DNA of 64,000 nucleotides. It comes from Eledone cirrhosa. Lineage: Eukaryota. The DNA lies in the NCBI GenBank assembly GCA_964016885.1, contig OZ024744.1, positions 87,172,001-87,236,000 of the forward strand, in the 5' to 3' direction. A model generated the notes under the pieces. The model ran no database searches. It had not been told where the DNA came from and saw only the letters and a list, made by a program, of their open reading frames with translations. The position numbers were made by a program, and so were the translations under genes. Numbering within the stretch: the first letter of the stretch is position 1; the number at the start of each line of letters is the position of its first letter. This document shows, one piece after another, positions 13,499 through 27,461 of this stretch.

Positions 13499-14105
13499 TG
13501 TGTGTGTGTCTGTGTGTGTGTGTGTGTGTGTGCGTGCGTGTGTGTGTGCGTGTGTGTGTGAGCACAGTCAAAATCTGATCACACACGACGAGAACAGCAA
13601 CTGGAAAATCGGAGTAATAGGGACAAATGGACATATTCATTCATCATTAACTGTTCGCTGGGGATCACCCCAATTTCAGGCATTAATGACTGGATCCCCC
13701 CCCCCCCCCCCCAACTTCTCCCGTCAGTACACCAGTGTTTGCAATACGATAAAACGTGACGTCAACATACGATTAAAGAAAATACGATGGAACATTCGTC
13801 CTGAAAAAACAAACAAACCAAAAAATAAACAAGAAAAAGAATTGTACGTATGACCCACAAGGATGTTCCACATTGAGAACAAAATGGAATGATAACAAGA
13901 TAGAACATATGTGCACTCAAAGTACTCAATAGCAATATGTTAGACAAAAATAGAGTCGTACGAACATTGATCCTTGTGCTAAAAGGCAGAAACCCATAGT
14001 GGAAACTAAAGTAAAGCGATATGGTCAGTGAACTGTGTAGGTCTGAATACTAGTATTCTGGGAATGACTTCAATAATATCTAAGGAAGGCTGCTCCGCAT
14101 CAGAA

Positions 14106-14197
<92 letters not shown>

Positions 14198-14198
<1 letters not shown>

Positions 14199-14435
14199 GT
14201 AATAATAATAAATGTGAAGACTAAAATTCAAAGAGGGCTCGATGAAGATAAATATTTATCCAATATATAAGAACTCTAGAGCAAATATTTATTAAAATAA
14301 CAGATTAAAGTTAACAGATTAAGATCTTAAGAAGATCTCGTTAAGGGTGAAAGCAGCGATTCTTTGCTTAAACTTTAATCTGTTATTTTAATATATATAT
14401 ATATATATTAAAATAACAGATTAAAGTGTAAGCAA
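14198..14435. mobile_element. HHR-like fold-back element family D (Penelope pseudo-LTR-like fragment)
   Basis: aaataacagattaaag and its inverse around agaagatctcgttaagggtgaaagcagcg. Also at 25033-25200, 36098-36205, 41494-41548 and 46350-46472. Confidence 0.6.
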
Positions 14436-14689
14436 AGAATGTGTAAGAAAAGAATGTATATATATATATATATATATATACATACATAGAAAGAGTGAGA
14501 GAGAGACACACAGACAGACTGACACACAGAGAGTGACAGATAGAGATAGGGGTGTAAGGAGCCAAAAAACGTTATATATAGACAGTGAAAGATTGCTAGC
14601 TCGTATTCTAGAGAATGAGACAGATAACAATTTAACTTTAAAATGTAAACATTTCAAAGACATTTCAAAGCAAATATTTAAAAGCTAGC

Positions 14690-16480
14690 AATATTCAAAG
14701 ATAATTGCTGTAGCCCAAACCACTTGAAAGCATTCTGTCTTCTATAAGGGAAGACAAACAGAAAGAAGACCTGAGCCGCTACCAACACTGCAACCTCAAT
14801 ATCGATAACAAAAGCAGCAACTGCAACTACTACGACCACAACAACGACAGGAGAAGAATGCGCGACAAACATCACAGCCTCCGGAAGGAAATATTCCCCT
14901 ATTACTATCACCTACATCCGAAAACAAGAATGAAACCGTATTAGAAGAAATAAACCCCATACATGCTCCCAATCTTGTACTACCTCCTTCTGATTCCAAT
15001 CTCTTGCACACTGAAACCTCACTGTGTGGTAAAAGAAAATGTTCCCTAAACAAAAGAAGCACAAAAGGGGTAAAAAAATGGGGATTTTAAAATTGTCCAT
15101 ACAAGAGACAAGCCCATGTTAACGGCTAGAAGGGAACTAGGATTCACATCAATAAGCCCCAGGTTCACACCAACACCAATGCGTTCACCACAGGAAAACC
15201 AGGAGACACTGTTCTGGAAATGGTTGCATCTCGGTGATGTTAAGACGTTCTTCCTCAGCTCAGACGGTAAGCTAGTGATGCTGGGCGGTGTAAGTGTTAG
15301 CGAAGGTAGTCTCTTTAGAACAGTGGTTATCTATGCTCCGGCAGGGGCAGCAGGACGTTCTGATTTCTTTAGGTCCCCCGAAACTTACCTAATAAAATCC
15401 CGTTCTTTAGTGCTAATTCGTGATTTCAGCTACAACGTAAGTGGAAGTTGTGGGTTTTGCCCATAGGGGAAAGGGATGCAATAGACTCGCAAATCTAATT
15501 CCAGCTTCCAACACTCTGAATATTTGAACTGCACGGTTTAGCTAGATAGAATCCACAGAAACAATTTCGGCTACGCGTCCGTCCCTGCATACACAACTGG
15601 ATTTCCCACATACAAGTTATATGTCCACACTGTTATATTATAACAGTGTGGACATAAAACAACCCCCGTAGGTCATGTAGATCACATTTAGGTAGAGTAT
15701 TTATTATGCCAACTAACAAGAATAGAGTAGAGTGTCCACAATTTAAACAGATTGATTACACAAACAACAAATTTTTGAACTGCACGGTTTAGCTAGATAG
15801 AATCCACAGAAACAATTTCGGCTACGCGTCCGTCCCTGCATACACAACTTGCAGAAACTGACTTAGCGAACTAGTTAAGCAGCAGTTAACGGAGGAAATC
15901 GTAAGCAACAGGTGATGTGGAACCCTAAAGAGAGCCAATAATGTAGAATCGGTATGATATTGTAAGGGATTTTCAGTTGAGAAAACCAGGGGAGAAACTA
16001 GAAGAATCGATTAGAAATGACAATACAACCGATATGCTAGTAGAGAGAATGGCTTTCGACCATTTCTTCTATTTGAAATATGAAGGTTGCATAGTCAGAT
16101 CCAAGGCTCCTGCAATAAGACATAGGGGAACGGAAGCCATATAATGGATCCGGATAGTGGTGGCGTGACTTGGCAACACAGCTACGATTCGATTTTGAGG
16201 GACGAAGGCAGATGCGTGCTACGCAGGCCTGAACAGATGTGTGCGGCATTTCAGCAGCACTTTGTTCGACTTGTCGTGACTATTGGCGAAAGATGCAACT
16301 AGCAGAAGCTAATCGATAACAGCCACCGATGTACAGGAGATGATCAGTGGATGCACAAGATGCAAATCACTTGATTTTTACGAGTCTTTACCACCTTGCA
16401 TGGCGATTTTATTGTAAAACTCCATTGTCCTAGTATTTGTATTGTCCCCTATATGTCGACACTTGTAGCCAATAAATGAA
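14690..16480 (+). mobile_element. Highly degraded, internally deleted Tx1/L1 LINE (ORF1 knuckle, APE endonuclease remnant, 3' end)
   Basis: NCCSPNHLKAFC (~14700), DGKLV...VVIYAP...LVLIRDFS (15260-15430), and 3' end cttgtagccAATAAAtgaat similar to the element at 2651. Confidence 0.65.
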
Positions 16481-16505
16481 TCCGTTAATATTATTAATAT
16501 TATTA

Positions 16506-16695
16506 ACGGTGGATTGGCAGTATCGGTAGAGGATCGGACGACATGCTTTGACGCATAGAGTTACAGCCCTTGCCATTCTGAGTTCAAATCGCGCCAAGGT
16601 TAACTTTGCCTTTCATCCTTACGGGGGTCGATAAAATAAAGTACCAGTAATGTACTGGCTAATTGCTGGCTTTGTGTCAAACGTAGAAACAATTA
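16506..16695 (+). mobile_element. SINE family A
   Basis: Full-length match to the family. Confidence 0.9.
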
Positions 16696-17772
16696 TTATT
16701 ATTATTAATATTAATGCTGTTATGATTGTTACTATTATTGTTATTAGGATTATTCGCTGTGATTCACAGAATCTGTTCGGATGTTAGTATTAATATTCAC
16801 CTATCGTAAACATTATGCACACGGTCCTTCGAATGCCCCACTCACCCATCGTATTCTTATTACTGTTTAAGCTCTTGTACTCTTGTTTCAGAACTTTGGT
16901 ATTATCTTAGATGAACGTCTCGTTCTTTACAGTAAGGCAATGTCTATATATACGTTACATATAGACGCCGTGGCTACCAATAAAGTTGAATAAGAGATAA
17001 ATTACGGTTTTTGTAACATGGTATTTCGTTGACCAAGGTTACACCAGTCAGCGTTTATCCTTGGATCAACTGTATAGAAACATAGCTCGGAAACTTATTC
17101 AGGCAGGGCCTTCTGGGTAATAATACGTAGGCTAAGGAATTTATTACCATGCGAGCGCAATGGCCAGCACCAGGATTGTATAATCGTTTACTCATTTACC
17201 TGTTTTTGGTTTTCAGCCTTTGTAATTCAACCATACTGAAGATTTAATTGGTTATATAGACCACAGTACTCTGTCTTGAACTTATTGTTTTGTCCTTGTA
17301 ACATACAAAATGTCTATCTTCTACACACAATTTACCTCCTCGATTAAAAAGTCATTTGTACACAAATTATAATGAGTCGTATTCATTGTGTTTTCATCGA
17401 TATCTGAGGGTCGATCATAAGAATATAGGAATTGATATTTCCTGAAAACTGAAATTCAAATGAATGAATTGAAAATGGTACATAACTTATATAGTTTATT
17501 TTACCATCACGAATGAGATTGTGGTATGTTTGTTTTTCCTTTTTCCAAGTCATTAATTTAAGATAGTGACAGAATTTCTATGTCCAATATAATTCCTGTA
17601 CTAATATTCAATAGGAATATTATTTTCTGTAATATGCTTTCATAACAACCACCATGCTGGTCGCAGCTGGGATGTGTTTACTGATAAGTCTTCTTTCGTA
17701 AAACAAAAACTGATGGATGGAACCTTATAACCAAGGAATATATTCTGTATAAAAAAAATAAAAAAATAGGTG

Positions 17773-17886
17773 TCTACTCCCACCCATTGATTTGGCAGGA
17801 TCGCAACTCATTTCTGCAGCTGAGTAAACAGGAGCAACGTGAAAGAAAGTGTCTTGCTCAAGGACACAACACATCACCCGGTCCGC
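17773..17886 (-). mobile_element. tRNA-derived CORE-like SINE family B (3' part)
   Basis: Reverse complement of gtgttgtgtccttgagcaagacacttt; inverse of 18406-18514. Confidence 0.8.
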
Positions 17887-18029
17887 AGCTATTTGGATAT
17901 ATTTTCTATAGACAAAGTATAGACACAGGTATTTCGCAACAAGAAGTCATGATGAGCCGATATTATCAAACAACACTCTTTAATCTTAGCCAAAAGGCCG
18001 TATTGGAAGAGTGTTGGACACTTTGCTTC

Positions 18030-18200
18030 GCAGCAGAGAGTTACAGCCCTTTACATTCAAATCCGCGCCTAGGTTAGCTTTACCTTCCATCCTTACGGGG
18101 TCGATAAAATAAAGCACCAGTGAATACTGGGGTCAATTTAATCGACCCCTACCACACACACCGTTAAATTGCTGGCCTTGTGCCTAAAGTAGAAACAATT
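18030..18200 (+). mobile_element. SINE family A (degraded head)
   Basis: Family body and tail present. Confidence 0.8.
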
Positions 18201-18350
18201 ATCAAATAACAAGACTAAATGTGATAGAAACGAAAAGCCGAATGCAGAAATGGACTCACAATTTCAAATTGTAGGGACACCCTCCCCGAGTGAGATGTTA
18301 CTTTCTATGTAGATAGACAAAATTTAGTGTATGTTAAAATTAGTGATTAG

Positions 18351-18514
18351 ATTTAGTAGTTAGAGCATTGGGCTTGCAATCGAAGGTTTGTGAGTTCGAT
18401 TCTCGGACCGGGTGATGTGTTGTGTCCTTGTGCAAGACACTTTCTATCACGTTGCTCCAGTTTACTCAGCTGCAGAAATGAGTTGCGATCCTGCCAAATC
18501 AATGGGTGGGAGTA
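18351..18514 (+). mobile_element. tRNA-derived CORE-like SINE family B
   Basis: ttagtagttagagcattgggcttgcaatcgaagg..gagttcgattc head, then tgtgtccttgtgcaagacactt. Confidence 0.8.
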
Positions 18515-19723
18515 GTTCCAGCTGCACGCATCGAAATACTGGTGTAGTGGTTATGAGAACAATGTGGCTTTGTAGATGATCAATACAAATTGAGAATCGA
18601 AAGGCGCTCCTTCTCAAGAGAACTATTGACCTTCAGGAGAAGTAGTGACCCCTGATTGTATTCAGCAACCGAAACATATTTGAAGTACACCAAATTCAAT
18701 ACTCCTAGGGGCGGCCCTGGTTCTTCTTATTTGCGGGTGTAAACTCGGCCAGATTAGATTAGATAAACTAGGTCAGAGATAAGGTAAATAGATAATTGGT
18801 GAGGAAGTGTATCTTATAATGTTGTATTCACGGAAGAATAATGAATTCAACGAGTTAGTTTTCTAAATGGATAATATATACATTTACCTGTGAATAATTA
18901 TCTGTGGTACCTACCGCCGAGTAGTAAAGTAGGAATATTCTTGAAGAAGAAGAAGAAGAAGAAGAAGAAGAAGAAGAAGAAGAAGAAGAAGAAGAAGAAG
19001 AAGAAGAGGCAGGAGGAGGGGGAGGAGGAAGGGTGGGGGAGAAGAAGAAGGAGATTACGATGATCGTTGGTAATGGGTGTCAATTTAATGACTGCATTCA
19101 TGTTGATTTTAATTTGTAATAAATTAACAAAGGCCACCAGATTTCCTCCCTCCTTACCTCCAAACAGATATGGAATTAACGATGTGTAACAACTCAGGTC
19201 ATACTTCGCTGATTTACATTAATCACGTTGACAGTTTTTGATAATATGTTCTACTGTAAGGTCTGCATGTAGGAGCTTGTAGTTAGATCTCATGAGTGGT
19301 CTCAGACATGAACCGAATGTTAAGGTGCAGCAATATTGCATAGATCGATCCGAAATGGTAACATATACTGTTATACTGTTTCAGTTTCAGGTAGATGCCC
19401 ACGATACGGGCAAATAAATAATAAAATTAAATGATCTCTAACGTCGGTTGACATATCAGTAATCTAAGAGCTTACTGGTCTGGACCACGATGAAGGCAAC
19501 ACCAAGAAATAACGATCTGTTTTCCATACGTCATCGGGTCACTCGTTGGCCAGAAACACCAATGTCACCGATACCTACATTGATAGAGACATCTCGGAGG
19601 AGATGGTGATCTACATATTGGGTACATGTCACTGCTGGTCACATATATCTTTAGATAGGTATTGTGATGGATAAAACTTGTATCACTGCTAGACAGACAT
19701 ACACACACGGACACACACACACA

Positions 19724-19754
<31 letters not shown>

Positions 19755-19768
19755 ACACACACACACGC

Positions 19769-19825
<57 letters not shown>

Positions 19826-20354
19826 AATCTTTGAATAAGTTTCAATTGATAACATGGGTGCCAATGCTAAATCGATGAAGATTTTCTTCAGCACCATAAG
19901 GTTACAGGGTTTCAATTAGTTGATGTGACAGGTGAATAAGCGTCAACTTTGTGGTTGTGACAGTAAATTGGTCAGGCAGACATTTGTGACACTTCCTTAT
20001 ATAGAAGAAGAAGTATACACATTTCATTTTTTTAAAACCGAAATTATAGGATTTTAAAATCGAATTATTGAAAGAAGTGTTCTTATGACCAACAAAATCT
20101 ATTACATTTTATATGAAACTTAGATTGAGATTGACTGTTCATGGTGTACCCGCGATGGGAACTGAGATGAATCCTCTAAGCCGCCAAGTACACATAGTAG
20201 GAAATACATATCTGGAGATCTTCTTGAATTGGTTCATATAGCGATCCGAATATTTATGTTTATTTTCAGCCTTGTAAGAGTAAAGTCACTTTGGGGATAG
20301 ACCGCATGTTTCTAGTCTAGTCTCTCTCTCTCTCAATCTCTCGTAGTCAATAAT

Positions 20355-20561
20355 GGTTTCTTATATAGGCACAAGGCCAGCAATTTTGGAGGAGGGGAAA
20401 GTCGATTAAATCGACGCCAGTGCGTGACTGGTACTTTATTTTATCGACACCGTAAGTATGAAAAGCAAAGATAACACCGGCGGGATTTGAACTCAGTAAA
20501 GGACCGTAACTCTATGCTGCAAAAACATGGTGTCCGACTCTCTACCGATACTGCCAATCCA
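20355..20561 (-). mobile_element. SINE family A
   Basis: Reverse complement match. Confidence 0.88.
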
Positions 20562-20824
20562 ATGGCTACTAGACAAAGAATGAATTGAAGAGTTTCTAGT
20601 ATTTTGGTGTGAATATAATTTACTGTATCAAAGAATTTCATATAACAGAGGAAAGATCCTAGAGCACTACCAGCGTGTAAACAAATGCCTAAGTGCAGCC
20701 CACCGTAGTACTTAATATGGCGATTTAATCAAGTTCAATTACAATTCTGAGTAATAACACCGATTTAGCCTATTCTCATGACTCGATTTTCTGGTCACAA
20801 TATACAAATTACCTCATCTTCGCG

Positions 20825-21040
20825 ATCGTGCCCTTGGCAGTGGAGATTTCTAGTGTCCTTGGCCCTAGGGCTACCTCCCTATTCACCTCCATAGGCGCTG
20901 AGCTGGCCAGCCGCAAGGCGAGCCTCGCAAGTTGGAATGGCTCTTCCAGCGCATCTCCCTTACCATCGTCTGGGGAAACGTCTTCTCCATCCTGTCCGTC
21001 GGGGCTGTGAGGAGGGCAGCACATGGGACCCCATTTGCTC
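20825..21040 (+). mobile_element. CRE-like RLE non-LTR retrotransposon, 3' fragment
   Basis: PLAVEISSVLGPRATSLF; homologous to 55640-55847. Confidence 0.75.
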
Positions 21041-21129
21041 ACCATTCGGTTTAACCACACTATTTGACATGCATTTTATATACGTACAGGTAGATATTCC
21101 AGCATATAAGCTGATTTTATGCATAATAA

Positions 21130-21315
21130 ATGTTTCTACTTTTAGCACAAGGCCAGCAATTATCCCAGTACATTACTGGTACTTTATTTTATCGACCCCC
21201 GTAAAGATGAAAGGCAAAGTTAACCTCGGCAAGATTTGAATTTAAACCGTAAAAGGGCCGTAACTCTATGCTGCAAAGCATGGCGTCCGACTCTAACAAT
21301 ACTGTCAATTCACCA
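21130..21315 (-). mobile_element. SINE family A
   Basis: Reverse complement match. Confidence 0.88.
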
Positions 21316-21619
21316 CACCTTTATGCATAATAAAGCAAGTTTATTTGTTATATTGTAAATATCATTTCTGTTGTTTAGACAAGGATAGCGCTCACCCAGC
21401 AACAGCAACATCAATGGCACTCCAGTGATGACCATCACGTCATTTCCGACGTGAAAAAGTATCCAGAAACATATACGCTATGTCTTTTAGAAAGAAGATA
21501 GTCGGTGATTTGAGGAAGAATTCGGTGTATTTTTTAGATTTTTTGTGTGCATGTATGAATGTATGTATGTATTTATATGCATATATATATACACATATAT
21601 ATATATGTGTGTGTGTGTG

Positions 21620-21669
<50 letters not shown>

Positions 21670-21673
<4 letters not shown>

Positions 21674-21900
21674 GTCTTGCTCAAGGAAACAACACATCAC
21701 CCGGTCCGAGAATTGAACTCACAACCTTTAGATTGCAAGTCCAATGTTCTAACCACTAAGCCATGCGCCTTCACATTCAGCAGTAGAAATGAGATGATAA
21801 GACTAGGGTCCCTATCATTAAATCACCCGAGACACCTCCAACGAGATATGCCTTGGAGGAGGCCAGCTAAATCTGCATAGGTATGAGCTGTCACACACAC
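21670..21900. mobile_element. SINE family B with inverted 5' half
   Basis: 21670-21772 is the reverse complement of the head of 39549; 21775-21900 is the sense tail matching 39675-39800. Confidence 0.8.
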
Positions 21901-21955
21901 ATATATTTATATATGTATGCACGTACGTATTTATGTATATAAATATGTATGTATG

Positions 21956-21989
<34 letters not shown>

Positions 21990-22005
21990 TGTATGTATAC
22001 ATATA

Positions 22006-22416
22006 CCGGGAGAGATGACCCCTTAGCTTTTGTCAAGGCAGAATTCTAGGAGAAGGAAAACTCTGATATAACACCTGCAACTCTGATGGTATCCAATGAT
22101 GTTGACTTGTTCTTCTTTTTGGTAAATATCATCTTGGTTAAGAGAGTGGGACTGGCTTTGTGCAGTGCCTTTGCTCACTATAAAAGCTTCACGGCACAGG
22201 CATTGCTTTATATCTGGAGATCTCTCTGCACTTGTCGTCACATGGTACCATGGGCCCAGCACTATGTGTCAGTATTTGTCACAAGTGTAGTGTTTGTACC
22301 AGAGTTTTCAAGTCGCTGGCTGGACTAAAAAGTCACACTTGTTCAGCGCATCGGTAGGGGTTCTCCTACATGGATATAAAGTAGTGGCCGTACTCGAAAA
22401 CGAGTTGGCAGCCACC
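22006..22416 (+). mobile_element. Young ~410-bp RTE-derived element
   Basis: Near-identical to 4960-5370; (TATG)n upstream. Confidence 0.85.
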
Positions 22417-22729
22417 ATGTATGTATATATGTATGTGTGCGTTTATGTTTACATCGATCTAAAAGACGTTATTGTTTCAGAACACACTGGTATCGATATA
22501 ATCACTAACATTCTCTTGAAGGTCGTTCTCCAAAATGACTGCAGACCTATGGCTGAAACCTGTGAGAGAATAAAGGAATACAATGATAAAAGAATATATG
22601 TGTGTGAAGGAAAATTACTGTGTATGGAATGTGTGTGCGTGTGGGTGTGTGTGGATATATATTATGTATACATATATATATAAATATACATATATGCTCA
22701 TACACACACACATATATATATATATATAC

Positions 22730-22836
<107 letters not shown>

Positions 22837-23437
22837 CGTGTGTGTGTGTGTGTGTGTATGTATGTATAAGAGTAGTTAAATATATATACGGGTAGATGGA
22901 TTTACTAACGGGTGTATTAAGAACTTTGAGTGCTAGAAGACAACTATATATTTGATATTGTACAAACATTCGTATTGTCTTCTTAGAAATTTTTGTCAAC
23001 CAAAGTCAGCGTCAGCTATTGTTTCCCATTATTTCCCATTGAGACCATTTCAATATATTTACCATTTTATCAGGCACGAAATGTAAATATATAAGACACT
23101 TAAACGAAACGCTAAGGAAGATCTTGTCCAATATCTGAAATGGAAAAGAAACAAAAGATGTCTATGCATTTGTATAGTTCTGTGGGTGTCTGTATGTGTG
23201 GCAAGAAAGAGAAATACAATAGAAATATTGGAATTTGTGTATTTACTAAACCTTAGAATGATCTATGTTGGTAGAAAACTGAAAACAACGCCGTTGTAAA
23301 TTACCTCACACAGTACATTTCGTTTCAACTTGGGAATCTTTATATGGTAATCAGTCCAGCTAAAAATAGCAGCCAGATTTCCTTCGTAATAGACTATATA
23401 GTTTTTTTTTTCTTTTCAAATTGGAAAGAGTCATAAT

Positions 23438-23465
23438 AGTTTCTCATTTAGGCACAAGGCCAACA

Positions 23466-23496
<31 letters not shown>

Positions 23497-23593
23497 AGTC
23501 GATTAAATCGACCTCAGTGTATTACTGGTACTTTATTTTATCGACCCCCGTAAGGATGAAAGAAAAAGCTAACCTTGTGGGATTTGAACTCAG
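23438..23593 (-). mobile_element. SINE family A (5'-truncated)
   Basis: Reverse complement match. Confidence 0.8.
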
Positions 23594-23772
23594 GAAGGAG
23601 TGATAATGAAAAAGGATAATGTGGTACGGATTATTTCTGTACTCACATTAGTTTGGTGAAAGGGACGCTGCGAATGCATAGAACACCATGGCAGATTCAA
23701 AGGGATATGAGGAGAGATGTAGGGGATAGATTAATGTGTGTCAGAGAGGATAAGGGCGGTGGAGAATGAGGT

Positions 23773-23953
23773 GAAGAAGAAGAAGAAGAAGAAGAAGAAG
23801 AAGAAGAAGAAGAAGAAGAAGAAGAAGAAGAAGAAGAAGAAGAAGAAGAAGAAGAAGAAGAAGAAGAAGAAGATAATGATGATCATGATGACGATGATGA
23901 TGATGATGGTGATGATGATGTTGATGATGATGATGATGATTGTGATAATGATG
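23773..23953. repeat. (GAA)n followed by (GAT)n microsatellite
   Basis: Direct reading; similar compound tract at 33185-33360. Confidence 0.95.
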
Positions 23954-24899
23954 AACCGACTCCCAAGCACGTAGTGCTATCCAAATCAAAACTTCATTTC
24001 GTTAAGAATATATTTAACCCTAGAGATCAATACGGAAGAACAAGCAGCGAATTGGTAGAACCGTTAGAACATTGAACAAAATGCTTTGTGTTTGTCGTTT
24101 CGTGTCTTTGTGTTCAAATCACACTGAACACCTCGTTGCCTTTCAGCCTTTTGTGACTGATAAATAGATTCTAGTCCAATACTGGAGTCTGGAGTCGACA
24201 TTATTTAACATTTTCTCTTTCAGTCATTATTTTTTGCTGGGGCAAGAAATCAGCTGTGTTAAAATCTACTGAGTGCTGAGCTCCGTCCCGACAACGATTC
24301 TACGATTGTGTATTTGCATCAAGCGCTATGTGTATTTTTCATGGAGACATCCATTTAGAGGTGCTGCTTGTTTAACATACAACTCACAACCTCACGATTG
24401 CGAATCGTGAGGTTGTGAGTTCGATTCCTTAGACCGGACATTTTATTTCACGTTGCTCATTCTACCTGGAGTTGCGAACGATAGATAGTATTAGCAATTG
24501 GAAAGACCAATGGAAACATTGTTTCCTCGGTCCGATTTGGCGAAAGTCGATCGTTCCTTTGTTAACATAAATATCCCACTTAATTGTGTTGAAACTAACA
24601 AATCTGGATTAAGATATTCACTTTGCGGCGTATGAACAAATCAAGATCATACTACTTATAAACGAACCAGCGTCAGTCCAAACGATCTAGAAAGAGTTCC
24701 CAGGCCACCCGTAAGAAAAGGCGCCCGAGGATATGACCCATACGAAGAACGCTGAAGCATGTTTGTGACAAACTCTATCACGAATAGATAGAAGTATTTT
24801 TTTCTCTTAGTAGGTTTGGAAGAAGTATCGTCACTGCTAATATATATATACATCTATACATCTATTTATAATATATATATATATACATACACACACACA

Positions 24900-24956
<57 letters not shown>

Positions 24957-25617
24957 TGAATATAGAAATTGGTTCTACAGGACTAGAACGGTTTCATTCA
25001 AAGAAATCATCATTATATATATACATATACATATAGTAATAATAATAAAATTGAAGACTAAAATCCAAAGAGGGCTCGATAAGGAAAATATATATCAAAT
25101 ATATAAGAACCGTAGAGCAAATATTTATTAAAATAACAGATTAAATTTTAAGCTAAGAATCGCTGCATTCACCCTTAACGGGATCTTCTGAAACTAACAA
25201 AGTCAATCTGTAAACGCAGAACTGGATATTTCAAAAAACGTTGCAACCGGTGGAAGACAGGAAGACGATACTTTGGTTCGTGGAAACGTTCGCTGGCAAA
25301 GAACGGGAAAATAATACGTCATTAATAGGAGCGGTGAAAAACAATTACGCGCAAAGACATAACCACGTTTATGGTATAAAAGAGGTCGTAGACTAATGTT
25401 CTCTTAGGTGGTGCATAGAGACGTTCTCTGGCAATGAACGAAAAAACGAAGATAATAAGTCATATGTGGAGCGTAGAGAACAATAGCACGCAAAGACAAA
25501 ACCACGTAAATGGTATAGCAGAAATCGTAGACTAAAATTCTAACTAGGAGACCAAATATATATATATATATATATATATAATATAAGATCAAAAGATGGT
25601 TAAAGGAGTACCATGTA

Positions 25618-25684
25618 TTTTATTATGCGCATTTCTAAAACAAACATCATCATGCAATAATATTTGTGTTTTCATCAGATAAAA
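25618..25684 (-). ncRNA. Type I minimal hammerhead ribozyme (mirror copy)
   Basis: Reverse complement reads ttttatCTGATGA...aGAAATGCGCATAataaaa. Confidence 0.78.
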
Positions 25685-25806
25685 CAGGAGAACATGATAT
25701 GAAGGCTAAAAAACACTTGTGGATAGTGCAGTTTTAAATCAACATATATTGATTTAAAACTGCACTATCCACAAGTGTTTTTTAGCCTTCATATCATGTT
25801 CTCCTG

Positions 25807-25873
25807 TTTTATCTGATGAAAACACAAATATTATTGCATGATGATGTTTGTTTTTGAAATGCGCATAATAAAA
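25807..25873 (+). ncRNA. Type I minimal hammerhead ribozyme
   Basis: Stem I TTTTAT/ATAAAA, CTGATGA 25813-25819, long imperfect stem II, GAAA 25856-25859, palindromic stem III ATGCGCAT, cleavage after AUA at 25867. Confidence 0.8.
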
Positions 25874-25999
25874 TACATGGAACTCCTTTAACCATCTGTT
25901 GATCTTATATTATGTATACTCCAGTCCTACAAACTGTAGAGTGCTTCTTATCCGATATCTGCATTGCTTTATTGTACTACAATAAAACTCACCTCCTAC

Positions 26000-26968
<969 letters not shown>

Positions 26969-26974
26969 ATATAG

Positions 26975-27060
<86 letters not shown>

Positions 27061-27220
27061 ATACATATATATACACACACAAACACATATATATGTATAT
27101 AAATATATATATATACACATATATATACATATAAATATATATATATGTGTGTATGTGTATGTACATACACACGCATACATATATATCTCGAAGAAGATCA
27201 TCATGCTACTGATGTCTGTC

Positions 27221-27326
27221 GAATGAAACAGTTCTAGTCCTGTAGAAGCCATTTCTATATTAAATATTTATTCTCTGCTATGTATTGAGTACCTTACTGT
27301 GGTCACCTCCGATTGAACCCGGAATA
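27221..27326 (+). mobile_element. HHR family B fragment (3' half of ribozyme plus tail)
   Basis: GAAACAGTTCTAGTCCTGTAGAA...tatgtattgagtacc...cccggaata. Confidence 0.75.
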
Positions 27327-27344
27327 CACACACACATCTCTATG

Positions 27345-27386
<42 letters not shown>

Positions 27387-27387
27387 C

Positions 27388-27459
<72 letters not shown>

Positions 27460-27461
<2 letters not shown>

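Larger units (their letters stand above)
25581..25910. repeat. 330-bp near-perfect palindrome carrying an HHR in each arm (family E)
   Basis: Arms mirror around 25745/25746 with only a few mismatches. Confidence 0.95.

Noticed and set aside
19860-20260. Possible ancient PLE RT remnant (AMGTEMNP resembles AMGTKMAP)
   Set aside because: One short motif amid stops and frameshifts; needs a profile search
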